64,000 nt of DNA from a bacterium (GCA_023267595.1 JAHFNB010000002.1:87947-151946); one strand, 5' to 3'; positions 43,389 to 54,520 are shown, counted from the first letter of the stretch. The notes: generated by a model from the sequence alone, not told the origin. Numbers and translations: made by a program.

Positions 43389-44915
43389 ATGCAGTTTCTC
43401 ATTGATATAGCACTTCTTCTTGTCTATGTATGTGGGTTCTTAATTATTGCCGCATGGGCGTGGCGGTTTTGGATGGCGTATATACATGGTAAATTTTTGA
43501 AAAAAATAGATGAAGAAAGTACTGTATTACTAGAAATAAAAATCCCTCGAGAGATTATGAAGTCTCCTCTTGCTATGGAGACATTTATTCTTAATTTAAA
43601 TCAAGGGTCAGGAATAGGAAGTATATATGAAAGAAATTTTAAAGGAAATCTACCCTCTAGAAGTTCTCTAGAAATTGCTTCTCTTGAAGGTATTATACAT
43701 TTTTATATTCGTACAGAGAAAAAATTTCGTTTGCTCATGGAAGCAAGTTTGTATGCTCAATATCCAGGTATTGAAATATCTGAGGCAGATGATTATACAA
43801 AACTAATTCGCTATCATCATTTATCCAAAGATACTTCTATTTGGGGAGTAGAGGAATTTCTTACACAAAAATGGAAGCCTGTTGACGAGAAAACAGGGCA
43901 GAATTATATGAAGGGTGGTAAAGATTATGAGATGAAAGCAGATTTTCTTCCTATTAAGACTTATGTAGATTATGGACTTGATAAAGATCCAAAAGAAGAG
44001 TTTAAGACAGATCCACTTGCTCAATTAATAGAATTGATGGGAAGTATTGGTGAGGGTCAATATTTTTGGTATCAAATTGTTGTTCAAACTGAAAGTGTTT
44101 TTGATAATAAGAAAAAATTCCCAGGTTTTTTCTTTAATGAAATTTCTGGTGAACATTATACGTTAGTTGATATGGCAAATAAATACAAAAAGCAAATCCG
44201 TACTGCAGGTTTTAATGTTAAGAATAAACCAATGACTGATGAGTATGGTGATATTAAACAAAAGAAGATAGGTACTGATAAAGAAGGTAAGCCTATTTTT
44301 GGTGATGCTCTTTATAAAGAAACTAAGGCTCTTCCAAAAAAAGAAATGGATCTTACCAAAGAAGAAAAAGATACTTTAGATGCAATAAATAGGAAAATTT
44401 CTAAGCCACTTTTTTGTGTAATTATACGTTTTATATATATAGCAAAGAAGGATAAATTTAATTACCAAAATATCTTTAGCCTCCTTAATGCTTTTAGGGG
44501 ATTTAACGGTATGAATTCATTTGCACCATCTCCCACTGACCCATATGATTTTCCTTGGCAAAACGTTGGAGGAAAAAGAGTGGCATGGCGTTCAGAAGAA
44601 GCCTTTGATAGATATGTTGAACGTGAAGGGTTTTTCCCGCATATGCGTAATAAACATTCAAATGATACCTATAGCCTTGAGGCGTGGGAAGATAGATTCT
44701 TTTGGTCATCATCTATGAAAACAAGAAAAATATTTCATCAAATATATGATATTATTTTTCATCCTTTTAGTCATGCAACACCCGATAATGTTTCTGTTTT
44801 AAATACAGAAGAATTGGCAACGATGTGGCATTTCCCAGGAGCAGTTGTTGGTACACCTACGCTTCCTCGTATTGATAGTATGAAAGGTGTTCCTCCCGTT
44901 AATCTTCCTCAGTAA
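43389..44915 (+). CDS. hypothetical membrane-anchored protein (508 aa)
   Basis: N-terminal TM segment and a large soluble domain. No family recognised. Confidence 0.4.
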   Translation: MQFLIDIALLLVYVCGFLIIAAWAWRFWMAYIHGKFLKKIDEESTVLLEIKIPREIMKSPLAMETFILNLNQGSGIGSIYERNFKGNLPSRSSLEIASLEGIIHFYIRTEKKFRLLMEASLYAQYPGIEISEADDYTKLIRYHHLSKDTSIWGVEEFLTQKWKPVDEKTGQNYMKGGKDYEMKADFLPIKTYVDYGLDKDPKEEFKTDPLAQLIELMGSIGEGQYFWYQIVVQTESVFDNKKKFPGFFFNEISGEHYTLVDMANKYKKQIRTAGFNVKNKPMTDEYGDIKQKKIGTDKEGKPIFGDALYKETKALPKKEMDLTKEEKDTLDAINRKISKPLFCVIIRFIYIAKKDKFNYQNIFSLLNAFRGFNGMNSFAPSPTDPYDFPWQNVGGKRVAWRSEEAFDRYVEREGFFPHMRNKHSNDTYSLEAWEDRFFWSSSMKTRKIFHQIYDIIFHPFSHATPDNVSVLNTEELATMWHFPGAVVGTPTLPRIDSMKGVPPVNLPQ

Positions 44916-45823
44916 TGAACAGTATATTTCGTACTTCTTTAGTAAAAATCATAGCAATAGTATGTTGTAGTTTCATACTTGGTTATGTATATTATGAGAC
45001 ACGTACAATTCCAAGTAATTTTCCTGTAGGAAAGCATTTTATTGTTGAAGAAGGGGAAACACTTAGAAGTGTTAGTGTTCGTCTGGAGGAAGAACACTTT
45101 ATTTATTCTGCACTTTTCTTTCGTATTTGGATATCAACACTTGGGCGTGATAGGCACTTGCAGTTAGGAGAATATATTTTCAATGAAAAACATGTACTTG
45201 GGTATATGGTGAAAAAGTTTGTTTCTATTGGTCCTGATATTCCTCTTATTAGTGTGACAATTCCAGAAGGAAGTACTACCTACGAAGTATCACAATTTAT
45301 GAAGAAAGCACTGCCACATTTTTCTCCAGATATTTTTGGCGAGAAAGTATTTGCAAAAAGTGCAGATGGTAAGTTATTTCCTTCTACGTATTTCCTTCTT
45401 CCGTCAACCACAGAAGAACGAGTTGTTGAAATTATGACTTCAACATTTACCAAAAAATATAAAGATACATTTTCTTCTGAGACCATACGATCTCCATTGA
45501 AGAATGAAAATGATGTCATCTCTCTTGCAGCAATATTAGAAGGTGAAGCAAAAACAAAAGAGGATATGCAAGTAGTTTCAGGGATTTTACAAAAACGAAT
45601 GACTCTTGGTATTAGATTACAGGTGGATGCTGCAAAAGAAACATATACTATTAAAGGATTGCCAGAACAACCTATTAATAACCCTGGGCTTATTGCATTA
45701 TATGCCACATTTCATCCTATAGAGAGTCCATATCTCTATTACATAACAGGTAAAGATGGTACAATGCATTACGCCAAAACCTTTGAAGAGCATAAGAAAA
45801 ACATTCAAAAGTATTTACGATAA
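44915..45823 (+). CDS. mltG: endolytic murein transglycosylase MltG (YceG family)
   Basis: N-terminal TM segment and YceG-like fold with conserved LAAILEGEA and GLP...NPG regions. ATG overlaps the upstream stop (taATG). Confidence 0.7.
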   Translation: MNSIFRTSLVKIIAIVCCSFILGYVYYETRTIPSNFPVGKHFIVEEGETLRSVSVRLEEEHFIYSALFFRIWISTLGRDRHLQLGEYIFNEKHVLGYMVKKFVSIGPDIPLISVTIPEGSTTYEVSQFMKKALPHFSPDIFGEKVFAKSADGKLFPSTYFLLPSTTEERVVEIMTSTFTKKYKDTFSSETIRSPLKNENDVISLAAILEGEAKTKEDMQVVSGILQKRMTLGIRLQVDAAKETYTIKGLPEQPINNPGLIALYATFHPIESPYLYYITGKDGTMHYAKTFEEHKKNIQKYLR

Positions 45824-45851
45824 TTATTAGCACAAAGAGAAAGACGCACTC

Positions 45852-46403
45852 ATGAAAATACACAATCTTGCATTTATAGATACAGAAACAACAGGAACTG
45901 ATCCAGAAAAACATGAAATTATTGAACTTGCCGTTATTGTGGCACGTCAGGTAGAGCGACCAGGGAAGGGACCATCACTTGAAATTATCGAAGAAGCAGA
46001 ATGGAAAATAAAACCCACTCATATAGAAAATGCAGATGAAGAAGCATTACGAGTTAATGGGTATAATGAAGTGGACTGGATGTTTGCCGTTGAGAGAAAA
46101 AAAGCACTCGAAGAATTTGCAAAGAAAACACAAAGTTGTATCTTTGTATCACATAACCTTGTATTTGATTATGCGTTTGTTATGAAAGCCTTTGAAGAAA
46201 CTGGTATAGAAAATAAAATGCACTATGGAAAATTAGATACTATCTCTATAGCATTTGCACGACTATATGATGCACCACTTGCAGAGAGATTTTCATTACG
46301 AGCACTCTGTGAGTTATTAAAAATAGAAAATAGTAAAGCACATACCGCACTTTCTGATACTAAGGCACTTGTTGCTGTTTATAGAAAGTTAATGGGTATC
46401 TAG
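45852..46403 (+). CDS. DEDDh 3'-5' exonuclease (DnaQ/epsilon-like)
   Basis: Exo I FIDTETTG, Exo II HNLVFDYAFV, Exo III HTALSDTKAL. Confidence 0.75.
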   Translation: MKIHNLAFIDTETTGTDPEKHEIIELAVIVARQVERPGKGPSLEIIEEAEWKIKPTHIENADEEALRVNGYNEVDWMFAVERKKALEEFAKKTQSCIFVSHNLVFDYAFVMKAFEETGIENKMHYGKLDTISIAFARLYDAPLAERFSLRALCELLKIENSKAHTALSDTKALVAVYRKLMGI

Positions 46404-46545
46404 TTTGTAAAATTGTTTCATCTACTTTATCGCTACGAGATTTTTTCAGTTGCCGTGCTAGTATGTACGGTCTCCTTCTAAAATCTCTATGCTTCGCGTA
46501 TCTAAAACAATTTTACAAACCAGATAAACATGATAGAGTAATCGA

Positions 46546-47577
46546 ATGAATAAGAAAGTATTTGTTGGATTATCAGGTGGAGTGGATTCTTCCGTATCTG
46601 TGGCTCTTCTGAAAGAACAAGGGTATGATGTTACAGGAGTATTTATCAAAGTCTGGCAACCAGACTTTGTAGAATGTACATGGAAAGAAGACAGGTTAGA
46701 TGCTATGCGAGTAGCATCTATTTTGGATATTCCATTTGTAACTCTCGATCTTGAAAAAGAATATAAAGAAGGTGTAATTGATTATATGATAGATGAATAT
46801 AAAAGTGGAAGAACACCAAATCCAGATGTCATGTGTAATAAAGAAGTAAAGTTCGGTGCATTTCTAACATGGGCTCTAGCACAAGGTGGAGATTATGTTG
46901 CTACAGGTCATTATGCACAGACGGATGGGAAGTCTTTAATGATTAGTAAAGATACAAATAAAGATCAGTCATATTTCTTGTGGACACTTACGCAAGAGCA
47001 ATTGAAACATATTCTTTTCCCTGTTGGTGGAATGACAAAAGATGAGGTACGAGTTCTTGCAGAAAAATATAATCTTCCGGTTGCTGATAAGAAGGATAGT
47101 CAAGGTCTTTGTTTTGTTGGAACTATTGATATAAAAACCTTACTTAAACAATATATTGAAGAAAAGAAAGGGGATGTAGAAAATGAAGAAGGAAGAGTTA
47201 TAGGATATCATAGTGGTGTTACATTTTTTACCATTGGCGAACGACATGGTTTTACCATTACTGAAAAGACTACAGAAGATGTACCATATTTTGTGGTGAG
47301 AAAAAATATTTCAAAAAATGTACTTGTAGTTTCTCATTTTCCACCACAGGAAAAAGAAGGAAATGATATTGCACTTGAAAAAGTGAATTGGATTAACAAT
47401 ATAGAGAAAGGAGATAGTTATATGGGGCGTTCACGATATCGAGCACCACTTACAAAAATAGAAGTTATAAGTAATATAAAAGTAAAAGTTCTAGAAGGAG
47501 ATTTAACTAAGACTTCTGGTCAGTCACTTGTGCTTTATGATGGAAATATATGTATTGGTGGTGGAATTATTTCCTAA
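46546..47577 (+). CDS. mnmA: tRNA-specific 2-thiouridylase MnmA
   Basis: PP-loop VGLSGGVDSSVS, catalytic Cys positions, typical length. Confidence 0.9.
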   Translation: MNKKVFVGLSGGVDSSVSVALLKEQGYDVTGVFIKVWQPDFVECTWKEDRLDAMRVASILDIPFVTLDLEKEYKEGVIDYMIDEYKSGRTPNPDVMCNKEVKFGAFLTWALAQGGDYVATGHYAQTDGKSLMISKDTNKDQSYFLWTLTQEQLKHILFPVGGMTKDEVRVLAEKYNLPVADKKDSQGLCFVGTIDIKTLLKQYIEEKKGDVENEEGRVIGYHSGVTFFTIGERHGFTITEKTTEDVPYFVVRKNISKNVLVVSHFPPQEKEGNDIALEKVNWINNIEKGDSYMGRSRYRAPLTKIEVISNIKVKVLEGDLTKTSGQSLVLYDGNICIGGGIIS

Positions 47578-47587
47578 CATTACGTAA

Positions 47588-48340
47588 TTAGAGTGTTGTA
47601 AGAATACAGTACATCAGTAATGCTCCAAGTACTGTCATACCAACAGTGAGCCATGAACTGCGTTTGCTATGTGCTTCAGGTAATATATCAGATGAGCCAA
47701 TATAGAGGAGAAATCCTGCAAATATACCTAAGTATATAAGTGAATATACTGGAGAAAGTGTAAAGAAAAGTGTTGAGAGTGCACCAAGCACTGGGGCGAA
47801 AGCATCTAATGCAAGAAAGGCTAATGCTTTTAATCGTGAATTGTTATGTCGAATCATAAGTGAGACAGTATTTATACCATCAGAAAAATCATGTGCGAGA
47901 ACAGCAATTGCTACTGCAATACCTGTTATTTCTGATATTTGAAATGCAAGTCCAATACCTACTCCATCTAAAAATGAATGTCCTATAAGAGCCATTGCTT
48001 GCCCAATGCCGATAGTTGGGTGTTTATGTTTCTCATAGTCTTCTTCATGGGTGTGGTGTATGAGGATATATTTTTCAATAATATGAAATAGTAGAAATCC
48101 AACAACAAGAGGAATAAATGCATGTTGTATATCAATTGAAAGTTTTTCTGACAGATCAACAATTTCTGGTAATAAATCAAATGACACAACAGACAAGATT
48201 ACTCCTGCAGTAAAACCAAGCAACAGGTGAATACGTGTATGGAGGCTAAGAGCAATTGTTCCACCAATAAATGTTGCAAGACACGTAAGTATAATAAACG
48301 TGATAAATGGAGGAAGTGAAAAAAGTGATACCATGTACAA
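47588..48340 (-). CDS. ZIP-family metal (zinc) transporter
   Basis: 8 TM helices. HSFLDGVGIG and AHDFSDGINT motifs, and a His-rich cytoplasmic loop HHTHEEDYEKHKH. Confidence 0.7.
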   Translation of the reverse strand: MYMVSLFSLPPFITFIILTCLATFIGGTIALSLHTRIHLLLGFTAGVILSVVSFDLLPEIVDLSEKLSIDIQHAFIPLVVGFLLFHIIEKYILIHHTHEEDYEKHKHPTIGIGQAMALIGHSFLDGVGIGLAFQISEITGIAVAIAVLAHDFSDGINTVSLMIRHNNSRLKALAFLALDAFAPVLGALSTLFFTLSPVYSLIYLGIFAGFLLYIGSSDILPEAHSKRSSWLTVGMTVLGALLMYCILTTL

Positions 48341-48397
48341 AGTCTATACAATATGCGAGTAACTTGCAAGAAATAAGTAACATGCTACCATGTATGT

Positions 48398-48826
48398 ATG
48401 GCATTATACTCAAAAGAAGATTTACTTATGATGATAAAAGAAGCCGGGCTTCGAATAACTGATCATCGATTATCAGTACTCTCATTTTTGGCAAAAGTAA
48501 AACAACCTATAACGGTATATGAACTTGTTGATTCGCTTCGGAAAAAAGATAACATTGACCAAGCAACGGTGTATCGTAACTTAGACACACTCCATGAAGC
48601 AGGATTGTTACGACGCTTAGATTTTAATCATGGTCATGCACATTATGAGTTAGAAACTGGACGTCCATCACATCAACTTGTTTGTAGTAATTGTGAGACT
48701 GTAGAAAAAATAGAAGGTATTTCTATTGATGATACAATAAAAAAAATGTTGAAAAAGAGTAAAAAATTCAAACATACAACCACACATTCAATGGAACTCT
48801 ATGGGTTATGTAGAAATTGCATTTAA
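48398..48826 (+). CDS. Fur-family transcriptional regulator (Zur-like by context)
   Basis: Winged-helix Fur N-domain and C-terminal CxxC pair VCSNC...LCRNC. Divergent from the ZIP transporter. Confidence 0.8.
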   Translation: MALYSKEDLLMMIKEAGLRITDHRLSVLSFLAKVKQPITVYELVDSLRKKDNIDQATVYRNLDTLHEAGLLRRLDFNHGHAHYELETGRPSHQLVCSNCETVEKIEGISIDDTIKKMLKKSKKFKHTTTHSMELYGLCRNCI

Positions 48827-48847
48827 GATTTTGTTATACTATGTCAT

Positions 48848-49303
48848 ATGATTCAACTCAATAAAAAAGCGCCTACTTTTATACTTCCTGATCAAGATGG
48901 AAAGATACATCGTCTACAAGACTATTTGGGTAAAAAAGTTCTTCTTTATTTTTATCCGAAAGATGATACTCCAGGGTGTACTACAGAAGCATGTAACTTT
49001 CGTGACGGTTATAAAGAATTTACAAAAATAGGGTTAGTTATTTTAGGAGTGAGTGCGGATTCTGTAAAAAGTCATAAAAAGTTTGCAGAAAAGTTTAAAC
49101 TTCCATTTCCTCTTTTATCTGATGAAGACAAAAAAGTATGTGAAAAATATGGTGTATGGCAGAAGAAAAAATTTATGGGACGCGAATATATGGGTATTGT
49201 CCGCAGTAGTTTTTTAATTGATGAAGAAGGTAAAATTGCAAAAATCTATAATGAAGTAAAAGTGAAAGATCATGCAGAAGAAGTAAAGAAAGATAGTAAA
49301 TAA
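48848..49303 (+). CDS. bcp: thiol peroxidase Bcp (peroxiredoxin)
   Basis: FYPKDDTPGCTTEAC peroxidatic-Cys motif. Confidence 0.85.
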   Translation: MIQLNKKAPTFILPDQDGKIHRLQDYLGKKVLLYFYPKDDTPGCTTEACNFRDGYKEFTKIGLVILGVSADSVKSHKKFAEKFKLPFPLLSDEDKKVCEKYGVWQKKKFMGREYMGIVRSSFLIDEEGKIAKIYNEVKVKDHAEEVKKDSK

Positions 49304-49356
49304 AGAAATAAAAAAGGAGGTGCGGTGAAGCATCCTCCTTTCAGGAAACGAGAAAC

Positions 49357-49746
49357 TTACGGGGTGTGAGCACCACCCTCTAATGCTATCTTGAAACTTG
49401 GCGGTGGTCCGTCAACCTTCATGGCATGGAAAGCATCCTGATACCAGATATTGAAGGAAGGCACCTGAGACGGGTGGACGAGACCATATTTCAACAACGT
49501 ACCTTTATTGTTTTCCACGATGAGGGAGAACATCCCATCTTTGTCGATGATGACACTTTTGACAGAATGTTCCGGATCTTTGAACGTACAATCCACCATG
49601 CCGCCGCAGGTGCAATTTGCACGAAATTGCAAACCAGTCGGCCTCCTCATGCAATACGCAAAGATGGAGTGTATACCTTCTTTGGTGATAACTACTTCTT
49701 TCTCTTTTTTGGTGACTGTTGTGTCACCTTCGATAACGGATTTCAT
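49357..49746 (-). CDS. hypothetical protein (GC-rich relative to neighbours)
   Basis: 129-aa ORF with no recognised motifs. Its composition differs from surrounding genes. Confidence 0.35.
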   Translation of the reverse strand: MKSVIEGDTTVTKKEKEVVITKEGIHSIFAYCMRRPTGLQFRANCTCGGMVDCTFKDPEHSVKSVIIDKDGMFSLIVENNKGTLLKYGLVHPSQVPSFNIWYQDAFHAMKVDGPPPSFKIALEGGAHTP

Positions 49747-49857
49747 TTTTTTCTTCCCCTTGTTTACTCTTTAAAAAGAACTATGACGGTTCGTGTGGTA
49801 TTTCGATAAAGCCCACAAAAGATATCCTACGCCCGTTAGAGAGTATTGTAAAGTGAA

Positions 49858-50550
49858 CTACTTATTGAGGGCTTCATCAATGGTTGCTTTGAAATATGAG
49901 TATGGTCGTGCGCCATTAACAAGAGAAATAATATCGTACCCTTTTCGATTCTTTACAAGAACAAATGTTGTTGGAGTTCCTTGAACACCTGCTTGTAATC
50001 CATCTGTAATAGAAGTTGTTACTACGTTTTCTGTTTGGTTAGTTTTCATACATGTTGAAAATAATGTCGTATCAAGACCAATATTTCGTGCTATATCTTC
50101 TTTTCCTGTATTTGGTAATTGATTCGTCTGATGATCAGATTTATAACTATAGACATTGTCTATGTATTCATAAAACTTTTTTACTCCACCAAGAGCACCT
50201 GCACATGCAATTGCTCGTGATTCATCAAATGCATGAGCATGAATTTGTGTAAGAGGAAAATGTCGATATACAAAGGCTACTTTGTCTTCATAATCTTTAC
50301 GTAATTGTTTTAGTGTTGGATATACAGAAATACAATACGGACATTCTGGATCAGAATAGGCAACTATAACAACATTACTTTTCGTGTTACCCTCTACAAA
50401 ATCAGTCCCATCTACTGCTTTTCCTGTAAAAAGAGTTGTGGTAGAAGTGGTAGAAGTTTTTGTAATAAAACCATAGGATATAATACCTAGAGCAATAATA
50501 ATAGATCCAAGAAGTATTGCCAGAGGAGTTGAAAGTGTTATAGATTTCAT
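49858..50550 (-). CDS. DsbA-like thiol:disulfide oxidoreductase (membrane-anchored)
   Basis: CPYC active site in a thioredoxin fold with an N-terminal TM anchor. The start could alternatively be at 50592. Confidence 0.7.
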   Translation of the reverse strand: MKSITLSTPLAILLGSIIIALGIISYGFITKTSTTSTTTLFTGKAVDGTDFVEGNTKSNVVIVAYSDPECPYCISVYPTLKQLRKDYEDKVAFVYRHFPLTQIHAHAFDESRAIACAGALGGVKKFYEYIDNVYSYKSDHQTNQLPNTGKEDIARNIGLDTTLFSTCMKTNQTENVVTTSITDGLQAGVQGTPTTFVLVKNRKGYDIISLVNGARPYSYFKATIDEALNK

Positions 50551-50618
50551 AGTAGTTATAGATGTTTTTATAAAATGATGAACTTTTTGCATAGTAGTTT
50601 ATACTGTACGAGTATAGC

Positions 50619-51194
50619 ATGACTCATTCGTCTTTATTTTCTGGAAATGTGTTTAAAAAGATTCTCATTGGAGGGTTACTTGAGTTTGGACCAATAATTA
50701 TTTTCCTTCTTTCTTTTGAACATTTTCATGTGTATAAAGCAACACTTATTCTCATGATAATGACTATATTTTCTACACTTGCGACATATATTATACAGAA
50801 ACGTTTACCATATCTTGCACTTTACGTTGCACTTCTGACTCTTGTTTTTGGCTATTTAACTATTTCGCATCATCAGCCACGTTTTATTCAAATGAGAGAT
50901 ACTCTCTATGATATTACGTGTGCACTCACTCTTCTTATTGGTCTTATGATTAATGTTCCTTTCTTAAAATTGGCTTTTGACAAAGTACTTGTGATGACTA
51001 TTCGTGCATGGACAAGACTTACGTATGGATGGATTTTCTTTTTTGTTATGGCAGCAATACTTAATGAACATGTTCGTAGAACAATGTCATTACAAGTGTG
51101 GTTTGACTTTAAAGCCATTATGGCTATTGCTACATGCATTTTCGGTATTATATTACTATATGGTATTTATGAGAAAAGTGACGAAGAAGTATAG
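50619..51194 (+). CDS. YciB/IspZ-like inner membrane (septation-associated) protein
   Basis: 191 aa, 5 TM helices, LLEFGPIIIFL N-terminal signature. Confidence 0.45.
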   Translation: MTHSSLFSGNVFKKILIGGLLEFGPIIIFLLSFEHFHVYKATLILMIMTIFSTLATYIIQKRLPYLALYVALLTLVFGYLTISHHQPRFIQMRDTLYDITCALTLLIGLMINVPFLKLAFDKVLVMTIRAWTRLTYGWIFFFVMAAILNEHVRRTMSLQVWFDFKAIMAIATCIFGIILLYGIYEKSDEEV

Positions 51195-51211
51195 TATGCT
51201 AGACTTTTTTT

Positions 51212-51661
51212 ATGAATGAACTTATTATTTTTTGTGGGGTCTACCTTATATATATTAGTGTTTTCTATGCAGTACTTCACGTATTTTTGAAACATGAAAA
51301 AAAGCATCATGTTCGACATATTATTACTATACTAGTAACTGCAGTTTTCGCTTGGATAGTAGGTCACGTGTTAAAAGGAGTTATTGCTCATCCACGACCA
51401 GATAGTATCAGTGCTCTTATTATTCCAGACGATGTGTATAGTTTCCCTTCAGGACATGCTACGTTTATGTTTGCACTTGCAATGAGTATGCTTAGTTTTG
51501 ACAGAAAAGCAGGAAGAATTATTTTATTGATGGCAGTAGTCACTGGTGTGGCGCGAGTTCTTGCAGGAGTACATTTCTGGTATGACATAGTTGGTGGGTT
51601 TATTCTCGGAGCCTGTATTGCATATTTTGTTACTCTTATTACCAAACGTTTTCGAGATTAG
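51212..51661 (+). CDS. PAP2-family phosphatase (undecaprenyl-diphosphatase-like)
   Basis: KGVIAHPRP...SFPSGHAT...RVLAGVHFWYD are the PAP2 motifs. Confidence 0.75.
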   Translation: MNELIIFCGVYLIYISVFYAVLHVFLKHEKKHHVRHIITILVTAVFAWIVGHVLKGVIAHPRPDSISALIIPDDVYSFPSGHATFMFALAMSMLSFDRKAGRIILLMAVVTGVARVLAGVHFWYDIVGGFILGACIAYFVTLITKRFRD

Positions 51662-51718
51662 TTTTTCACAGAGATAAAAAATATAAGAAAGTATACATGG
51701 TACACTTTGTATATCTGT

Positions 51719-53959
51719 ATGCGTCTTTCGCACATAACTATACAAGGGTTTAAATCCTTTGCAAAGAAAACTACGCTTGATGTGACACATCAGGTTACTG
51801 GTGTTGTTGGACCAAATGGAAGTGGAAAATCTAATATTGCCGAAGCAATACGATTCGTACTTGGTGAGCAATCTATAAAAAGTATGCGTGGAAAAACGGG
51901 TACTGATGTTATTTTTAAAGGATCTGAACATTTACCAGCACTATCTCGTGCGTCTGTTACTATGGTTATTGACAACAAGAACAAGACAATGAAAAGTATT
52001 GATACTGCTCACGCAAATCAAGATCTTGCACCATTTCTTGTTTATGATGAACTCACACTTGCACGTGTTATTTATGCGGATGGAACAAGTGATTATCTGT
52101 TAAATGGTGCAAAGATTCGTCTGAAAGATGTACAAGAATTATTATCATTTGCAGGAATCGGAGGGAGTGCACACACAATTATTAATCAAGGTGAAGCAGA
52201 TAAGATACTTCTCGCATCTCCACGTGATAGAAAAGAATCTCTTGAAGATGCACTTGGACTTCGTGTATATCATATGCGCTTAAACGAAAGTGCACGTAAA
52301 TTAGAGCGCGTAAAAGCACACGTTCATGAAGTTGAGTTACTTCGTAAAGAAATCAAACCACATCTTACACATCTCGAACGTCAAGTACAAAAAATAGAAT
52401 CACAAGAGGAAGAAAGGAAAAAGTTACTTGTTTTTTTAGAAGCATATTTATCTCGCGAAGAATACGAACTTGCAGTATTGCGAGAACGTATTGTAGAACA
52501 AGGTACATCCTCATCACTATTACTTATTACTGATTCTATTCGAAAGGAATTGGAATTATTAAAACATGCAAAACACGATTCTCATACAGGAGGGGTTGCT
52601 GAAAAACAAACATTACAAGCAGAAATGAGATCACTTTTTGAACGTCGGGACCAAATAACAAAAACACTTGGAAGACTTGAGGCAGAAAAGATATACATAG
52701 AAAAAGAGATAGCAAAACAAAAAGAAAATAAAGACGTTATCATTCCACATAATGATTTTAAAGATATCTATAAAACAGTAAAGAATAAGTTTGAGATAAT
52801 CCACAAAGCCTTTGCTACTTCATCCTTTAATGAGGCACAGTCAGGTATTAAAGATATCTTATTTTTCCTTGAATCTTTTTTTACAAAACATGCGATACAT
52901 GAAGATTCAAACCATGAATCATATCATCATAGTAAAAAGATACTAGAGCAAGATATTAAAGATCATGAAGAAAAGGCACAAAAATTAGAGAAAGATATAT
53001 CTATAATAGAAGAGAAGATTTCTATGATTGATATGCATACACAGAAAACGATACAGACCAAACATGAGGAAGAGAAAAAAATTATGATATTGGAAAGTAA
53101 ACTTCGTGAACTTGAAAGTACTATTGCATTACGTAAACAAGAAGAAGGAGAAATAGAACTTCGTAAACAACATTTTGATGCATTACTTCAAGAGGGTGTA
53201 ATGATTGTTGGGCGTGAAGTGCTTTCATATACTAATAAAATTATTGAAGAGAAATATAAAATTATGCCAAAACACGATTTATTACGTGCTATTGAGCGCT
53301 CAAAGTTGCGTATCGAAGAAGCAGGTATCCCAAATCGTGGAGAAGTGATAGCAGAATATAAAACAACAAAAGAACGTGATGAATATTTAACCAAAGAACT
53401 CATTGATATTAGAGATAGTGAAGAAAAATTACTTGCTCTTATTAAAGAACTTACATCTTCATTAGAAGAACGATTTTCTAGTGGTGTTAAAGAAGTTTCA
53501 AAAGTATTCAGTGAGTTTTTCGCAGAAGTATTTGTTGGTGGAAAAGGAAAGTTGACTCTTGTTGATTTAATTAAAATAGACGATGATGGAAATCAAATAG
53601 TAGAACAGGGTATTGATATCGATGTTTCACTTCCAAATAAAAAGATAAAAGAAATTAGTATGTTTTCAGGTGGTGAGCGTGCACTTGTTTCTATTGCATT
53701 ATTGTTTGCGATGAGTTCAATTACCCCACCACCATTTATGGTACTCGATGAAACAGATGCGCCACTTGATGAATCAAATGCAAGAAAATATGGAGTAATG
53801 TTGAAACGTCTTTCTGAAAAGAGTAAGTTGCTCGTTATAACACACAATCGTGAGACAATGAATCATTGTGACATGCTATATGGTGTGACCCTTAGTGTTG
53901 ATGGAGGAAGTCGATTACTCTCAATACAATTTAAAGAAGCAGAAGAATATGTACAGTAA
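51719..53959 (+). CDS. smc: SMC-family chromosome-partition ATPase (short form)
   Basis: Walker A GPNGSGKSN, long coiled coil, signature MFSGGERALVSIALLFA, Walker B FMVLDETDAPLDE. Start at the ATG for MRLSHITIQGFKSF. Confidence 0.75.
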   Translation: MRLSHITIQGFKSFAKKTTLDVTHQVTGVVGPNGSGKSNIAEAIRFVLGEQSIKSMRGKTGTDVIFKGSEHLPALSRASVTMVIDNKNKTMKSIDTAHANQDLAPFLVYDELTLARVIYADGTSDYLLNGAKIRLKDVQELLSFAGIGGSAHTIINQGEADKILLASPRDRKESLEDALGLRVYHMRLNESARKLERVKAHVHEVELLRKEIKPHLTHLERQVQKIESQEEERKKLLVFLEAYLSREEYELAVLRERIVEQGTSSSLLLITDSIRKELELLKHAKHDSHTGGVAEKQTLQAEMRSLFERRDQITKTLGRLEAEKIYIEKEIAKQKENKDVIIPHNDFKDIYKTVKNKFEIIHKAFATSSFNEAQSGIKDILFFLESFFTKHAIHEDSNHESYHHSKKILEQDIKDHEEKAQKLEKDISIIEEKISMIDMHTQKTIQTKHEEEKKIMILESKLRELESTIALRKQEEGEIELRKQHFDALLQEGVMIVGREVLSYTNKIIEEKYKIMPKHDLLRAIERSKLRIEEAGIPNRGEVIAEYKTTKERDEYLTKELIDIRDSEEKLLALIKELTSSLEERFSSGVKEVSKVFSEFFAEVFVGGKGKLTLVDLIKIDDDGNQIVEQGIDIDVSLPNKKIKEISMFSGGERALVSIALLFAMSSITPPPFMVLDETDAPLDESNARKYGVMLKRLSEKSKLLVITHNRETMNHCDMLYGVTLSVDGGSRLLSIQFKEAEEYVQ

Positions 53960-54022
53960 TTGACAATTTTATATTTTTAATGTATTTTGATATATAAATG
54001 TACCTACTATAAGTGAGTAATC

Positions 54023-54448
54023 ATGAATCTTAGGATTGTAGATGCACTCTATCCTGAGGTTACTCAGGAAGAATTAGATAGTTTTGTAACACGGGCGCAA
54101 AAAGATCATTACTGGAGAGGGTTTCGTAATGATGAGATTCAAATCAAATTTTTCTACAACGTATGGTTTGATCTCATTAATCGATTACTTGCTTCACAGT
54201 ATGTGACTGCACACCAAGAAGAATTCGAAAAAATACAAGAGATTCTTTTGGACGTAATTGTTGACCTTCCCAAAGAAGCATCTTACCTACATCCTTTTCT
54301 TTTACTTCACGAAAACAAACAAGCACACCCTGCTCGGAGGAGAAATAGTCAAGTTGTTTATCCAAGTTTGATACAGTATTTTGAGGAACTTGGAAAAATT
54401 CGCATCGATAAGAATAAATATAACGGAGATTTACTCCTTCAGTTGTAG
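54023..54448 (+). CDS. hypothetical protein
   Basis: 141-aa ORF. No family recognised. Confidence 0.35.
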   Translation: MNLRIVDALYPEVTQEELDSFVTRAQKDHYWRGFRNDEIQIKFFYNVWFDLINRLLASQYVTAHQEEFEKIQEILLDVIVDLPKEASYLHPFLLLHENKQAHPARRRNSQVVYPSLIQYFEELGKIRIDKNKYNGDLLLQL

Positions 54449-54520
54449 AAATACTTTGTCTTCACAATGAAAGACTGCTTCAAAGGAAGCAGTCTTTTTT
54501 ATGGTATACTTATCTTAATT

